A program made the position numbers and the translations under genes. Below the pieces are notes generated by a model. The model saw nothing but the letters and a program-made list of their open reading frames with translations, did not search any database and was not told the DNA's origin. A stretch of 64,000 bases of DNA from Savitreella phatthalungensis (taxonomy: Eukaryota), in contig AP039695.1 in the NCBI GenBank assembly GCA_051599415.1, forward strand, positions 496,001 to 560,000, given 5' to 3'. Shown here in pieces: positions 1 through 11,038 of the stretch (within the stretch, counting starts at the first letter, position 1; every line of letters starts with the position of its first letter).

Positions 1-286
1 TGCGGAGCAGCTTGCCGGACGGCAGGCTGTATGTGCGGACAAGGACTGATCGTGATGCTACGACGACGTAGTCACCATCAGGAGCGACTGCAATGCTCGT
101 CACAGGCTCTCCATCGCCCTTCAGGTAGATCACCTTTGAGCCTGTAGCGTACTCTGTGATCTGAACGCCATCACGCAGCGTTGTCGCCAGCAAGCCTCCA
201 CCCAGACCGACCGGACCGCCAGTATAAATTGGCGATGTCTCGGATACTACTGCGTAAGAGCTGCGCAAGCCCTTGGCAGGAGCCAT
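1..286 (-). CDS. utp13: U3 snoRNA-associated protein 13 (WD40, SSU processome), 5' part; gene runs off the window start
   Basis: Not in the ORF track. Manual translation from ATG at 286 gives MAPAKGLRSSYAVVSETSPIYTGGPVGLGGGLLATTLRDGVQITEYATGSKVIYLKGDGEPVTSIAVAPDGDYVVVASRSVLVRTYSLPSGKLLR, open to the edge. The PIYTGGPV and SRS..R.Y.LPSG pattern matches the Utp13/TBL3 N-terminus. Confidence 0.85.
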   Translation of the reverse strand, partial: MAPAKGLRSSYAVVSETSPIYTGGPVGLGGGLLATTLRDGVQITEYATGSKVIYLKGDGEPVTSIAVAPDGDYVVVASRSVLVRTYSLPSGKLLR

Positions 287-713
287 GTCAGATCAGCTGA
301 GAGGGAAGTTATAGGTCCAGGTGACGAATCCTTCAAGCTGGCATCGTGTTGTCAATGAATCTGGGTTGAGTGCTGACAGCCTTGCAAGATGTCTATCGAG
401 CTGTACAGTGCCGCTGATGCTAATGACAGAGGATGGAAGATGAAGGTGATGACGATGATGAAGCTGCCCGCGTGAAGGAGTGAGTGAGTGAGTGTGCCTG
501 GCTGCACTGTATACGATCAATCTTTCTGACCATGTATTGATCACGTGAACACTAATTTGGATTTCCCCGTGCGCAAGCTTCAATCACATGCAATTGACTG
601 ATCCTTTGTACAAGGATGCACAGAGAAGGTTGAAGTCATCAGGATGCTCTTCATCTCTAGCTTGACCCCCTCTTCTGACAGCATAACTGTAGTTTAGCTG
701 CTCATATACGAGG

Positions 714-2402
714 ATGTTTGACCTGTGGAACGCTGATGACTTCTTCAGCTGGAAACCCGAAGCCGATGGAAGTTCATTGACTCGGAAGGGCGCGCTGAAC
801 GAGACCGGCTTCTACCGGTATGCAGCCAGTGAAGTCAATGGACCTTCTGATATGTTTGTACGCGTCCGGCTACGATTCAAGGATGGAAGTTTGCTTACAG
901 ATCATGAGATTCGGCGTGTGTGGCTTGCTCTGAGACTACGCCATCCACTGCTCGACACCACTTTCTTGTACAACGAGGGAGGCGAGAATGGTGCTACAGC
1001 ACGAGAGCTACCGCTGGACATCGTGTACAGGCATCAAGGTGCGGAAGAACGAGCCGAGTCAGCATTGGCCATCGTTACTTTACAGGATGAGTCAGAGTTA
1101 GACTGGGCTCGCCGACGCAATGAGCTGACAAATGGCGAAAGACGCATTGCAGACACCAGGGTTGCCAGATTAGTTGTCTATCGAACAACTGACGGCAGCG
1201 TCGCCGACTTTGTGTTTCTCCTCGCCCATGCTATCGCAGATGGCGTAAGCTCGATCGTTCTTCAAAAGGATCTGGTTGACCTCGTGACGGGGGCGGCGAA
1301 CTGCGAAATACCTTCACGAGCATGGACGGAAGGGAGATTACCACCTGGCTTAGAAGGATGTCTACCGCACACGCGGCCCGCAGGCGCTATCGCTCCTCAC
1401 CGACCCAAAAAGTCCGCGAAGCAGAGGTGGCACGAAGCTTTCCAGTACGCTCTTTGGGAAGTAAGGACTGCGCGACGCCCTTCACCGCCGATGCACTGGC
1501 CGTTCTGGCAAGCTGTACCGGAGACTCGTCAATCAATCCGCCGATTCGATGTTGCACAGTCAAAACGTATCATTCGTGCGTGCAAAGCCCATGGCGTGAC
1601 TGTCGGTCATCTGATCTACGCTGCCGCCACCGCGGCCTTCACAAACATCTCGATCGATCTGGCGGAAGGCAGACTCACAGATGACACGATCGATCTACAA
1701 TTACCAAGACCCCTGGGAGCGACGAGCGGCATCACGACGTTTGCGGTCGGCACCCCGATGAACGCACGGGGCTATTTGCGCCGACCGTGGCGGACAAATT
1801 CGGCGGAGAGTCGAAGGAGTGATTTGTGGATGACGCTGGCGTTCCTCGACTTGCCTGTGCCGTGTGTGGAGGTGAGGCGAGACACTGCATCAACAGGCAC
1901 GCGGATGTGGGCGCTGGCCAAGGTCGCAAAGAGACTGACCCGCGCGGCGACGAACGACAAACATTTCGCCGACCAGATGTACATCACGCAGGAACGCCGC
2001 TTGAGGCGGATCTTCCCAAAAGGCAGTGTCCAGGAAGCTGAGTCCAAGTCCGCAGGAGAAGGCAATCGCCCTGACAACAATCGTGCGGAGCAAACCGAGA
2101 CGCGGGTACTTGGCACGCCGGGTATCTCGTTTGGCGCCTCATCGATAGGAGCGATTGACCGCACGGTGTATGTGGACAAGGCTGCTCCTCGACAGGTGGA
2201 GATCGAGGCGATCAATATGGGCATGCGCGTTAGGGCAGGAGAGCTTCTCATGCACTCGTACTCGTTCAATGGACAACTACACCTATCGCTCATGCACGAC
2301 GCCAGGCTGGGCGAGAAGCGGACGAAAGCGTGGCAAGAGGAAGCTGCCTTACTGATGCTAGCTGCTGTCGATGCAGCGCCTGGCACGTCGCCACATTTGT
2401 AG
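714..2402 (+). CDS. CoA-dependent acyltransferase (condensation-domain fold; alcohol acetyltransferase-like)
   Basis: 562-aa ORF with the HxxxDG active-site motif (LAHAIADGVS), N-terminal W..LRLRHPLL, C-terminal CKAHGVTVG and YSFNGQLHLSL.D, typical of fungal AATase/Tri3-like acyltransferases. Confidence 0.75.
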   Translation: MFDLWNADDFFSWKPEADGSSLTRKGALNETGFYRYAASEVNGPSDMFVRVRLRFKDGSLLTDHEIRRVWLALRLRHPLLDTTFLYNEGGENGATARELPLDIVYRHQGAEERAESALAIVTLQDESELDWARRRNELTNGERRIADTRVARLVVYRTTDGSVADFVFLLAHAIADGVSSIVLQKDLVDLVTGAANCEIPSRAWTEGRLPPGLEGCLPHTRPAGAIAPHRPKKSAKQRWHEAFQYALWEVRTARRPSPPMHWPFWQAVPETRQSIRRFDVAQSKRIIRACKAHGVTVGHLIYAAATAAFTNISIDLAEGRLTDDTIDLQLPRPLGATSGITTFAVGTPMNARGYLRRPWRTNSAESRRSDLWMTLAFLDLPVPCVEVRRDTASTGTRMWALAKVAKRLTRAATNDKHFADQMYITQERRLRRIFPKGSVQEAESKSAGEGNRPDNNRAEQTETRVLGTPGISFGASSIGAIDRTVYVDKAAPRQVEIEAINMGMRVRAGELLMHSYSFNGQLHLSLMHDARLGEKRTKAWQEEAALLMLAAVDAAPGTSPHL

Positions 2403-2644
2403 AGTCAGAAGGCCCATACGAGCCCGTGGTCGCGCCGCGAAGTGCTGTGTGTTCGTCAGTGCAGGGTCTGTACACACAGACAAACAATTCACGGTCGGGA
2501 CGAGTGCGATTGAATTGGGTAGCAAGGTGCGCTATGCTATACGATATGATGCGTTGTGCTAACTGCATGTTGTGTGTGGTGCAGAGTCGTTGGAACTAGA
2601 TTGTTACATGAGCGTTGCGAGGTAGCTGGAGCTGGGTAGCAGGC

Positions 2645-3568
2645 CTACTGAGCTTCCTGGATCCGGCGGTCGACGACAGACCAATCGATCGCCTTGAACA
2701 AAGCACGTACGTACTCGTCCTTGCCGGCAACCCCAAAGTCATGCAAATAAGCGTGCTGCCACAGTGATAGTGCCAATACAGGTGTCAGGGCATACGGTCT
2801 TCGCAGTGACTTGTACAATGCTGTTTGCTCGACTTCCTCTGTGGGTGCCGCCTGCTTTGCAGGTGGCGTTGGTGCTGAGGCTGATGCCTCGTTTGATGAC
2901 GATGCAGCGTTAGTCGTAGTCGTTGCAGCTGCTTCGTCCGGACGGACCCCGGTATTTCCGTCCTGGCGCTGGAGTCTGCCGAAATCGAACGGTGTGCCGG
3001 CGTTGTAGGTTGCCAGGACCTTGAGTGTGTTCGTCTCGTCCAGCACCACCCACACCCAGCCGCATCCAGTCATAGCAGAAGCAATCGCGCTCACATGCTC
3101 CTCTAGTGCTGCAAGCCCACCGAAGTCACTCTGCAAACGGCGAGCCACGGCTTCGGGCAAAGGCTGCTGCTGCGTCTGTGTGTCCTGCGGAGTTGTCTCT
3201 GCGGGATCCGTCGCTGGTGCAGGACGAAGTGCGTCGAAGAAGAAGTGATTGCTGAAGGCGAGTGCTGCGTGGTTGTAGACTGGTGCAAGTGTTGGTTGGC
3301 GTGCAGTCTGAGCAATAGTTTTGATCAAGGCCATTGACTCGTACTCTGTACCGGCAGCGACACGGTTCAGGGCATCGATATGAAGTTGCTGGACATCTGC
3401 CCAAGCGAGCTTGAATGCTGCTGGTGAGAATACAGGCTGAATTCCATGCTCCGCTCCACTCTCACCTGTCCGTAGAAGTGGCATCTGATGAAGACTTCTG
3501 CCATGAGTCAATTGAACGCCATGCCGCCGTGTATCGCGCAGAAGTGTAGCTCTTGAGATTCTCTGCAT
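2645..3568 (-). CDS. mrp1: Mitochondrial small-subunit ribosomal protein of Fe/Mn-SOD fold (Mrp1/Rsm26 family)
   Basis: First ATG at 3568 (MQRISRATLLR, presequence-like). SOD fold motifs NHAALAFSNHFFF, GCGWVWVV and LALSLWQHAYLHDFG, with degenerate metal ligands. Mrp1 versus Rsm26 paralogue not resolved. Confidence 0.8.
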   Translation of the reverse strand: MQRISRATLLRDTRRHGVQLTHGRSLHQMPLLRTGESGAEHGIQPVFSPAAFKLAWADVQQLHIDALNRVAAGTEYESMALIKTIAQTARQPTLAPVYNHAALAFSNHFFFDALRPAPATDPAETTPQDTQTQQQPLPEAVARRLQSDFGGLAALEEHVSAIASAMTGCGWVWVVLDETNTLKVLATYNAGTPFDFGRLQRQDGNTGVRPDEAAATTTTNAASSSNEASASAPTPPAKQAAPTEEVEQTALYKSLRRPYALTPVLALSLWQHAYLHDFGVAGKDEYVRALFKAIDWSVVDRRIQEAQ

Positions 3569-3902
3569 CGCTAGAGATGTACACACGGCCGAGAGATGAG
3601 ACTATCCTGTGTCCACAACAGACACCTTTTGACACTCGTGTGCTTCTTCAGGTTGCTGCTCCTTTTCCCATACTGCCTGCTTTCTAACTTTTTCTTGAGC
3701 CCAGCAGAGGCATGCAGAGTATAATGATCAGATCGAACAGGTTACGCTTGCTTTCTGAATGCACGGAAAACATAAATGACAATGGTGATAAGGTGGTACT
3801 AGCGCTTGAGGGAATTCGTTTGTTTATCTGGTTAAGCGCCAGGGGAGCTCTTGACTTGTCGCGGTCAGAAAGTGTCGATCCCTCGGAACCCTCAGTTCTA
3901 GG

Positions 3903-4892
3903 ATGGCAGTGGCCCCGCCGCCAGCTGCACGGAGAGATGATGTCAAGGCTGCAGGTCCAGGCAACTACTATTGTGATTACTGCAAGACATATGTTCGCAA
4001 CACTCCGTTCGCAAGGAAATCCCATGAGGCTAGCGACCGGCACACGCGAGCACTCGAACGCCGTGTAGGTCAAATCACGCGCGACGGCGTGGTTGCTTCG
4101 CGAGAGAGAGCTCGGAGCGATCGTGCTCTACGAGCTATCGGCGGCTTGACTTCGGTTGGGGATGCTCCGACCGCAACTCATAAATCCATGGCACCGCCTG
4201 CTAGACAGCGCATCACGACCATCGTCAATAGGGCACATCAGAAAGGTGCAGCTAGAGGCGGTACACAAGGTGTTCAGCCAAGAGTGCGCACGCTTGATGA
4301 CTCGGACTTCTATGCCGGCATTATGGCTCGCGCGGAAGCTGCACGGCGCGACGCTACACATGATAGCGGCGCGTCGGATAAAGATGACGAGGACGAGGAC
4401 GGCGACGGCGCAACAGATCAACAGAGCGAGCTGCCTCTAGATGAAGCATTACCTCCATTACCACTTGCACACAGTCATACTCCACCGAATGCCGGCTCTA
4501 TGGACGGAGGCACATCGATGGGAGAGCTTGCAGCTCAGCTGCGCGCGTCGGCAGCATCTCAGAAATCCGGGCACTCGGCGCCGAGCATTGGGTCGGCTAC
4601 AGGTATAAAGCGGGAAGCAAACACATCATCTATTGGCCAAGCGGAAGCCAAACGGAGACTGCACTCTGGCATCGCTCCGGACTACTATGACTTCAAAGTG
4701 GTTCGACGTGTCAGAGCTCCCGATAATCACCACGAGATCGAGGCAACGCCTCTGAAAGACCCTGAAGTTGCTGCCGATGCCGCCGCCACCACCACCAATC
4801 CAGCTACTCCTCCAACGGTGGGCTTCCGCGTACGTGGCAAGCGAAGCAAGATTCCACTGACGACGGTCCCAGACGCATCTGGAGAACCATGA
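3903..4892 (+). CDS. U1C/matrin-type zinc-finger protein (WBP4/FBP21-like splicing factor)
   Basis: YYCDYCKTYVRNTPFARKSHEASDRH zinc finger followed by low-complexity sequence; C-terminal VGFRVRGKR. Confidence 0.7.
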   Translation: MAVAPPPAARRDDVKAAGPGNYYCDYCKTYVRNTPFARKSHEASDRHTRALERRVGQITRDGVVASRERARSDRALRAIGGLTSVGDAPTATHKSMAPPARQRITTIVNRAHQKGAARGGTQGVQPRVRTLDDSDFYAGIMARAEAARRDATHDSGASDKDDEDEDGDGATDQQSELPLDEALPPLPLAHSHTPPNAGSMDGGTSMGELAAQLRASAASQKSGHSAPSIGSATGIKREANTSSIGQAEAKRRLHSGIAPDYYDFKVVRRVRAPDNHHEIEATPLKDPEVAADAAATTTNPATPPTVGFRVRGKRSKIPLTTVPDASGEP

Positions 4893-5119
4893 CAAGCGGT
4901 TTGAGCGTCCTGAGATGACTTTAGCCCTACTCTACTAATGACCATGTATGAGGAAACGAGTCCGCCACTGCAGTTAATGAGCATTCGTACTTTGTGCATT
5001 GCTGCCATGATTTAAGACGAATGCACAAATCATCCACAGAGACCCGAAGGAAGTCCCTCTCACTCGAACGGTCTGGTAGCAGACTTGCTGAGCATCCAGT
5101 CGGCTTGAGGTGGTGACGG

Positions 5120-5905
5120 ATGCTCGACAATGCGCTGATTGAGCTCTCTGTTGAGCGACTCTCGAACGCTCATGGACATGAGATCTTGCGTCTGGTGCCA
5201 TACGATGCTCACCATGTACCGCGTTACCACGACTGGCTGTCGTCTCCCGAGCTCAGAGAGCTGACGGCGAGCGAGCCACTCTCACTCGACGAGGAGTACG
5301 AGATGCAGCGGACCTGGCGAAATGATCAGGATAAGCTCACCTTCATTATTCTGACACCTGCGGGGGACTCGAGCAGCAAGACACAAGAGAGCAACGGAGA
5401 GGTAGAAGGATGGATGCAGGATGAAGTGGATCGCATGATCGGCGATGTCAATATCTTCTTGTCTCCTGCTGAAGATGATGACGGAAACACGGATGACGAT
5501 GAAGAGGAAGATGGCAAGAGCGGCAATCCTGAGACAGATGAGGTCGTGGGTGAAGTGGAGGTGATGCTTGCTGAGTCACGTGCGCGGCGAAAGGGCTTTG
5601 GGAAAGCAGCCGTCCTGGCAATCATGTGGTACGCAGTCAGGGTATTGGGCCCAGGTAGACTCAGGCAGTTGACCGCAAAGATTGGAGCTGACAATGTGGC
5701 TTCATTGGCCGTCTTCACGAATGCCCTCCAATTTCAGAAGGTCAAGTTCAGCGAGTACTTCCAAGAGCATGAGCTCCATTATCTTGCTCACGGCATGACG
5801 CTCAGCCAGAAGATCGATCAGGATCTCGCAGCGGCAGGGCTTCGAGTATGCCAAATTGTGAGCGAGCACCGCACAAATGCAACGAACCACACGGATACAA
5901 CATGA
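5120..5905 (+). CDS. nat9: GNAT N-acetyltransferase 9-like protein
   Basis: LVPY..HHVPRYHDW, LTASEPLSLDEEYEMQRTWRNDQDKLTFIIL, MIGDVNIFL and GEVEVMLAE..RRKGFG are NAT9 signatures. Confidence 0.9.
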   Translation: MLDNALIELSVERLSNAHGHEILRLVPYDAHHVPRYHDWLSSPELRELTASEPLSLDEEYEMQRTWRNDQDKLTFIILTPAGDSSSKTQESNGEVEGWMQDEVDRMIGDVNIFLSPAEDDDGNTDDDEEEDGKSGNPETDEVVGEVEVMLAESRARRKGFGKAAVLAIMWYAVRVLGPGRLRQLTAKIGADNVASLAVFTNALQFQKVKFSEYFQEHELHYLAHGMTLSQKIDQDLAAAGLRVCQIVSEHRTNATNHTDTT

Positions 5906-6037
5906 TATGAAGGCGACAAGGGCAGACGATCTCAAAGACGACGTCAAAGACGACGAAGGTAGTGCCTGAGTATATGCATTGCAGAGGAAAAAGGTCGTGA
6001 AAAGTTATCGGGTTGTTTTAGGTTCGACCGGATGCGT

Positions 6038-6253
6038 CTAGGCAGTCTCGACCTTGAGCGTGGGTGGGAGCGACTGCTTGAGCTTCTCTGCCTTCTCTGC
6101 GTCGTTGACGACGAGGGTGTAGAGGTACTTGGAGCAGCGGACCTTGAACTTGACGACCTTGCCGGAAGGCGACTTTCGGATCCGTGCGCTCTTGGCGTCT
6201 TTTCTGCGAGCAATCTCGAGGAAGAGCTTGATGTCCTGGACCTGCTTCGGCAT
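6038..6253 (-). CDS. rpl38: 60S ribosomal protein L38 (eL38), intronless
   Basis: [22 protein letters not shown]...[30 protein letters not shown]. Confidence 0.97.
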   Translation of the reverse strand: MPKQVQDIKLFLEIARRKDAKSARIRKSPSGKVVKFKVRCSKYLYTLVVNDAEKAEKLKQSLPPTLKVETA

Positions 6254-7024
6254 ATTTGCTGCTCAATGTTAGTATGATGTCTCCATTGCCCAGTACAATG
6301 ACCCGCCCCAAAGTTTAAGAGGAAATAACCCGATCAAGATCTGTCCAACGCAATGGCGTGAGCATTCGATAGAGATGCATGAGATCTTCAACGACTGTAT
6401 CACGACGAGCTCAACAATCGCTGTCGCGGTCAAGAAACCAAGAGGATGTGGTAACCACGACAGCGCTCGTCGAGCGGCATGTATGCATCGATCAAGATGT
6501 GAACTCTGCTGTCTAATCGCATGCTCGCCAAGCTGAAGAGATCTGAAAGGATGCGGCCTTTTGGGGAAGGGCCTAATTGTCGCGACTGATGAACCTACCT
6601 GATGAAGTGAATTGATTGATCGAACGAAGGAACGGTTACGAAGCACTTGAGCTTCACCTTTGAGTCCGGGAGCAGTAGAGGATAGCGTGCTAGTGCTTCC
6701 TCCACTGCGTAACTGACTGACTGTTTGGTGGAACGGAGGATGGATGCACGCACACACCACTGCTCACTGTAGAAAATATTTTCCCATGAACATTTGAGCT
6801 GATCAGTTTTGCAAGTCAAAATTACAAGCACGTGATCAGTCCTCTGTACCTGCAGGGTTCGCCTCTCTCTCACTCACTCTCGCTCCCTCTAGTTCCCGAG
6901 GATCCTCACGACATCGTCTACTCTTCCACCTGTGTCCAGCCTAAAGGCCTGTGTTACCACGTTGTCATGCCATATCATCCGTTCTAAAAATCTACGTTCA
7001 AGTATTACCATCCAGTGCTCGTCT

Positions 7025-8404
7025 TCATTCGAACACGAGCGCGGCAAAGTCGTCTCCTGCCGTGACTACTTTGCTTCCTCCTTTTGCGACTGCCATACAG
7101 AGGATCGAATCCTGATGACCAGTCCACTGCTTGATCTGCTGACCAGTGCGGATGTCCCACTTGCGGCATGAGCGATCGGTGGAGGCTGTGAAGAGATAGG
7201 GTGTGTTTGGCTCGAAGTGGAGTGCTACGACTGCGTCATCGTGTTTTAGAGTCGTCCGAAGTCGGAGTGAGCCCGCCTCGTAGATTGCCACGGAGCCTTC
7301 GACGGATGCGCAAGCGAGAAGGGCACCGCCCGTGGCCGTCGCACTCGACGAGTACGCGATCGCCTCGATAGACTCCTGCTGTGCTTCCAGAGACGCGATG
7401 AGCGTGTTGTTGTTGGTGGTGCCACTGCTGCTGGCGCCTGCGAGGTTGATGACCTTGACGAGACCTTCGGAAGAGCCTGCTGCGACGACTGTGGCCGTTG
7501 GATCGACAGCGACGACGTTCCATGCGCCCTGTCCGTCAGGCCCAGGGGCAAGGCGCTCGTCTGCTGCGCAGTCGATCCGAGCAACGGGAGACCCTGACCG
7601 TGGATCCCACTTGATGAGTGTGGCGTCCTCGGCGCAGGTGACGAGGGACTTGCCATCGGATGCCCAGACGCCGTACGTGCATGCGCCCGTGTGGCCCGAG
7701 AGCGTGTGCATGACGTCTCCCTTCGGCAGGTTCCACATCCACACAAGACCGTCCTGTGTACCAGCAACGAGGACGTTGCCCTTTGGGTGCCACGTCGCCC
7801 ACATCACCTCCGACCCAGGCTCCAACTCGACCGCGAGCTCTGCAGACACAGTCGCCCCCGCGCCCTCTCCCCCGCTGACCTTCCATACGCAAATCAAACC
7901 GTCCATGCCTGACGTTGCCAGCAGCGAACCATCTGCTGAGAATGAGACACCCGTGACGGAGTCAGAGTGACCGTCGAGTGTAGCGAGCCGCTCGCCTGTG
8001 GAGATGCGCCAGAGGTATGCCTTTTCGTCTCCGCCGCCAGAGGCTGCGATGTCTGTGACTGTAGGATGAATTGCGACGGCGTAGATCGAGTCCTTGTGGT
8101 CGAAGAATCCCTGGACTGAGTCGTCGCGCGCTGCGATGCTCGGTCCTGGCCTTGATCCCTCGGTATCGTCATCTTCGTCATCATTGCTGTCTTCAGCGGC
8201 GTCGTCCTCAGACAGCTCCGACATCGCATCGCCGTCATCGTGGAGGTTCTGGTCGTAGCTCTCCGCTGTATCCATTGCGTCGAAGTGCTCTGGCGCGTCC
8301 TGATCGGCGACACCCGCAGATCTACCGCTGCTGGTGGCGCTGGCACCTGCACCAGCACGGACGTTATCGGTCATATCGTCGCCGCCCGATGGATGTGTCA
8401 GCAT
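7025..8404 (-). CDS. sqt1: WD40 ribosome assembly chaperone Sqt1/AAMP
   Basis: Acidic N-terminus, DDSVQGFFDHKDSIYAVAIHP, ASGGGDEKAYLW and W..WHPKGNVLVAG..DG.VWMW; multiple WD repeats. Confidence 0.88.
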   Translation of the reverse strand: MLTHPSGGDDMTDNVRAGAGASATSSGRSAGVADQDAPEHFDAMDTAESYDQNLHDDGDAMSELSEDDAAEDSNDDEDDDTEGSRPGPSIAARDDSVQGFFDHKDSIYAVAIHPTVTDIAASGGGDEKAYLWRISTGERLATLDGHSDSVTGVSFSADGSLLATSGMDGLICVWKVSGGEGAGATVSAELAVELEPGSEVMWATWHPKGNVLVAGTQDGLVWMWNLPKGDVMHTLSGHTGACTYGVWASDGKSLVTCAEDATLIKWDPRSGSPVARIDCAADERLAPGPDGQGAWNVVAVDPTATVVAAGSSEGLVKVINLAGASSSGTTNNNTLIASLEAQQESIEAIAYSSSATATGGALLACASVEGSVAIYEAGSLRLRTTLKHDDAVVALHFEPNTPYLFTASTDRSCRKWDIRTGQQIKQWTGHQDSILCMAVAKGGSKVVTAGDDFAALVFE

Positions 8405-8753
8405 GAGCGATCTTGATACGTTTCCTTCTGCTCTCTGATGACTTCAGAGTTCTGATCGCCTTAGTGAAATGTGTTCGTGCGTGTTGTGACGCGGTCGGTG
8501 ACGTCTCCCGTGGCCCGTGCACCCCCGTGCCTGTGCGGCGTACACGGACTGGATCTCCCACACCAGATTTGGATTTGATAGATTGAGATTGATCAAATAT
8601 GCATAGCATAGTCAAATTATGTGTGAGATTAGTGGCGGAAATGCTCCTTCCATTGGAACACTTCACAACAAGCATTTCCGTCCAGGTGAATGCTGGATCT
8701 AGACACAGAGACAGGTCATGTAATGACAAGCTATGAGTTTGGTGTGTGCGTGA

Positions 8754-11038
8754 CTATGAACCTAGCTCTGATAACAGCTTCTTGCGCTTGTCTGAGTCAG
8801 CGAAAAGAGCTCTGACGAGATCTGCGAGTTCGTGTGGAGCGAAATCGCTTAGATGTCCATCGTGGTAGAATGAGGTGATATCAGCCAGGTTGGCTTCTAG
8901 GATGTCGAGCACGTATCTGAACCTGAACCACGAGGGAATCCAGGCTGCAGGCAGCGCCACAGGTTCTTCACCTGGAGACGATGCGGGCGAGACGAAGAGT
9001 TTGTCGACGGAAGCTAGTCTGTCGCCCAGTTGAGCTAGCGCAGTGGACTCTTGCTCGCTGATATCCGTCATGCTCATGACGTCTGCGGTGAAGCTGGCGA
9101 TACATGCCTCGCAGAGAGTACCTAGGGCGGTGAGAAGTGTCGTCTGGCCGAGCTGGACTGCCCATCGCTCGTGTAATCGGTCAATGGCATCGAGAACCTC
9201 CTGCAAAACACGATCGCAGGTCTCCCGTTGTTGTGGCGAGGTGCATGCAACGAAGCCTTCCGCTTTTGCGAGGATGGCGAGCAGGGCTTCTCGACGCTCA
9301 TCAATCTCGACCATATAGACGTGCTCGCCAAATTCCTTGACTGAGCTGGATACTTCCTCTGCAATCTTCGCCATTTTGGAAGAGAGCCATTTACAGTCGT
9401 TGTACGTCAACATGCGAGGATAGCCGATGGTCCGCTGTAGATGTGGTACAGATGCGAGATATAGCGAGACAAGTGTATCGATGACTTCGGAGAAATGTGC
9501 AGCTGCAGGCGCGACCGGGCTGCCGGCGTATTTGGTCAGCAGCTGGTCGCCATCAGCTGCGACGCGTGTGATGGTCTCAAGCACGCACTTTGGTAGCGTG
9601 GATACAGTGAATCGATCAACCAGCGTGATCTGATCAGTGCTGGTCGTCGAAAGCGTAGGAGGTCCCTGGGTGGTTTGATTCCCAATATCACCGCCGTCGT
9701 CTTCATCGCCCCACCCCCAGGCATCCTCATCGGCGTTAGCATCCACACCCACATTCTTTTTAGCTTCTGCGAGGTCTGTCTCCTGCTCGTCCTGGACGTC
9801 CCACGCATCATCGTTCCATGCGTCCTCGTCTGAAGGGGTCTGAGGCTTGACAGCAGCGGACTCTGCTAGATTCTTCTGAGGCGCTCGTTGGAGCTCTCCT
9901 GATTCCTGCATGAGGTCTGCCCCAGACACATGCTCTTCGAGCGTGACGGCCTCTGTCTCTCCCAGCCAACCGAGCATTCGCTGCCGCAGATCCGCAAGGT
10001 GCGTGTCACGGTACTTAATCAACCAGACATTCGGCAGGTTTGTTGAGAAGTCGCGTAGATCTGAATCATGAAGCAAGCCGAGCTCACCGAGGAACGCTTC
10101 TGTGCTGCGGACTTGCTCCAGGAGTCTCTGTAGTCGCGATCCTGATTGCAGTTCGAGTGGTAGCTGCGATGGCAAATATGTCTCTGTCAAGTGGCGAGCG
10201 AGGGGTGCAGAGAAATATCTGTGGAGGTACACGCGTGTAGCATCTGGCAGCCTGTCGGTTACGTATGTCAGAAGCGTCCGGAGGCCGTCGAGACCTACGT
10301 TGCCACTGCCGAGCACGACCGCGTCGGATTGGAGCAGTGCACCGCCCTTGAGCACTCGCGGCAGGACACCCTTGTCGATGTATCCGCACAGAGCCTTGAC
10401 CTGGTCGCCAAGAGTGCCGGTCGCCTCGAGCACCGCGACTGCTTCGCTCAGCTTGTCTGAATTGTCTGGAGCGATAGAAACCCGCTCGTCCGAGATAAAA
10501 ATACTCTCCGTCCACATGCGAGCTGCAGCCTCTCGCAGAGCGGCGTATTGCGGCTCAAGTGTCCCCCCTGGGAGCTGTGATCGCAAAGCGTCCAGATCTG
10601 CGAGAGTTTCTGCGAGTTTATCAGCAGCATCTACTGCCGCAAGGACCTGCGTATACCGGACATCCAGCTCGCGCTGTCGAGAGAGCGACGATATAGCTCT
10701 TCCTCAATCGCCGAAAGCTCTTGTTCAAGTCGTTTCACCTCGGCGTATGCTTCACGCTCGGCATCGAGTGGTGCCGTGTCTTGGCCGAGTGATGTCAGTG
10801 CAGACTTGAGCTTTTCGTGATCTGGCTCTTGCACGTACGCCGCGGAGATGGAGGATTGCTCCTTCTGAAGCGTCTCTGCTATGCGCTTGTCATGTTGTTC
10901 AAGTGCCGTCGTGACATCGGACAGCAGGTTGTCAAGGGTGTGGATATCCGCGTAGTCGTAGCCGTCAGCTTCAGTCAGCTTGATCTTGTTGTCGGGCTCT
11001 GTATTGCCGAGTAGTCTGTCCACAAAGGACGTAGCCAT
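8754..11038 (-). CDS. zw10: ZW10/Dsl1 tethering-complex (kinetochore/ER) subunit, reading frame interrupted near 10610-10705
   Basis: The C-terminal ORF has the acidic W-rich lasso (EDAWNDDAWD, DEDAWGWGDED), YNDC.WL, DISEQES, W.RF.Y..DILEANL.DI and EL.DLVRALFADS.KR. The upstream 135-aa ORF (ATG 11038) overlaps the open downstream frame in the -1 register. The downstream ORF as called starts at a TTG, not an ATG. Confidence 0.8.

Noticed and set aside
2645..3568. Active Mn/Fe superoxide dismutase
   Set aside because: The first His ligand region and the DxWEH motif are degenerate (SLWQH), which fits the known non-catalytic mitoribosomal Mrp1/Rsm26 family.
6379..6590. Intron-like GTATGC...CTAAT...AAG (6481-6532) upstream of rpl38
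   Set aside because: Splicing yields only a peptide of about 50 aa with no recognisable features; no further support.
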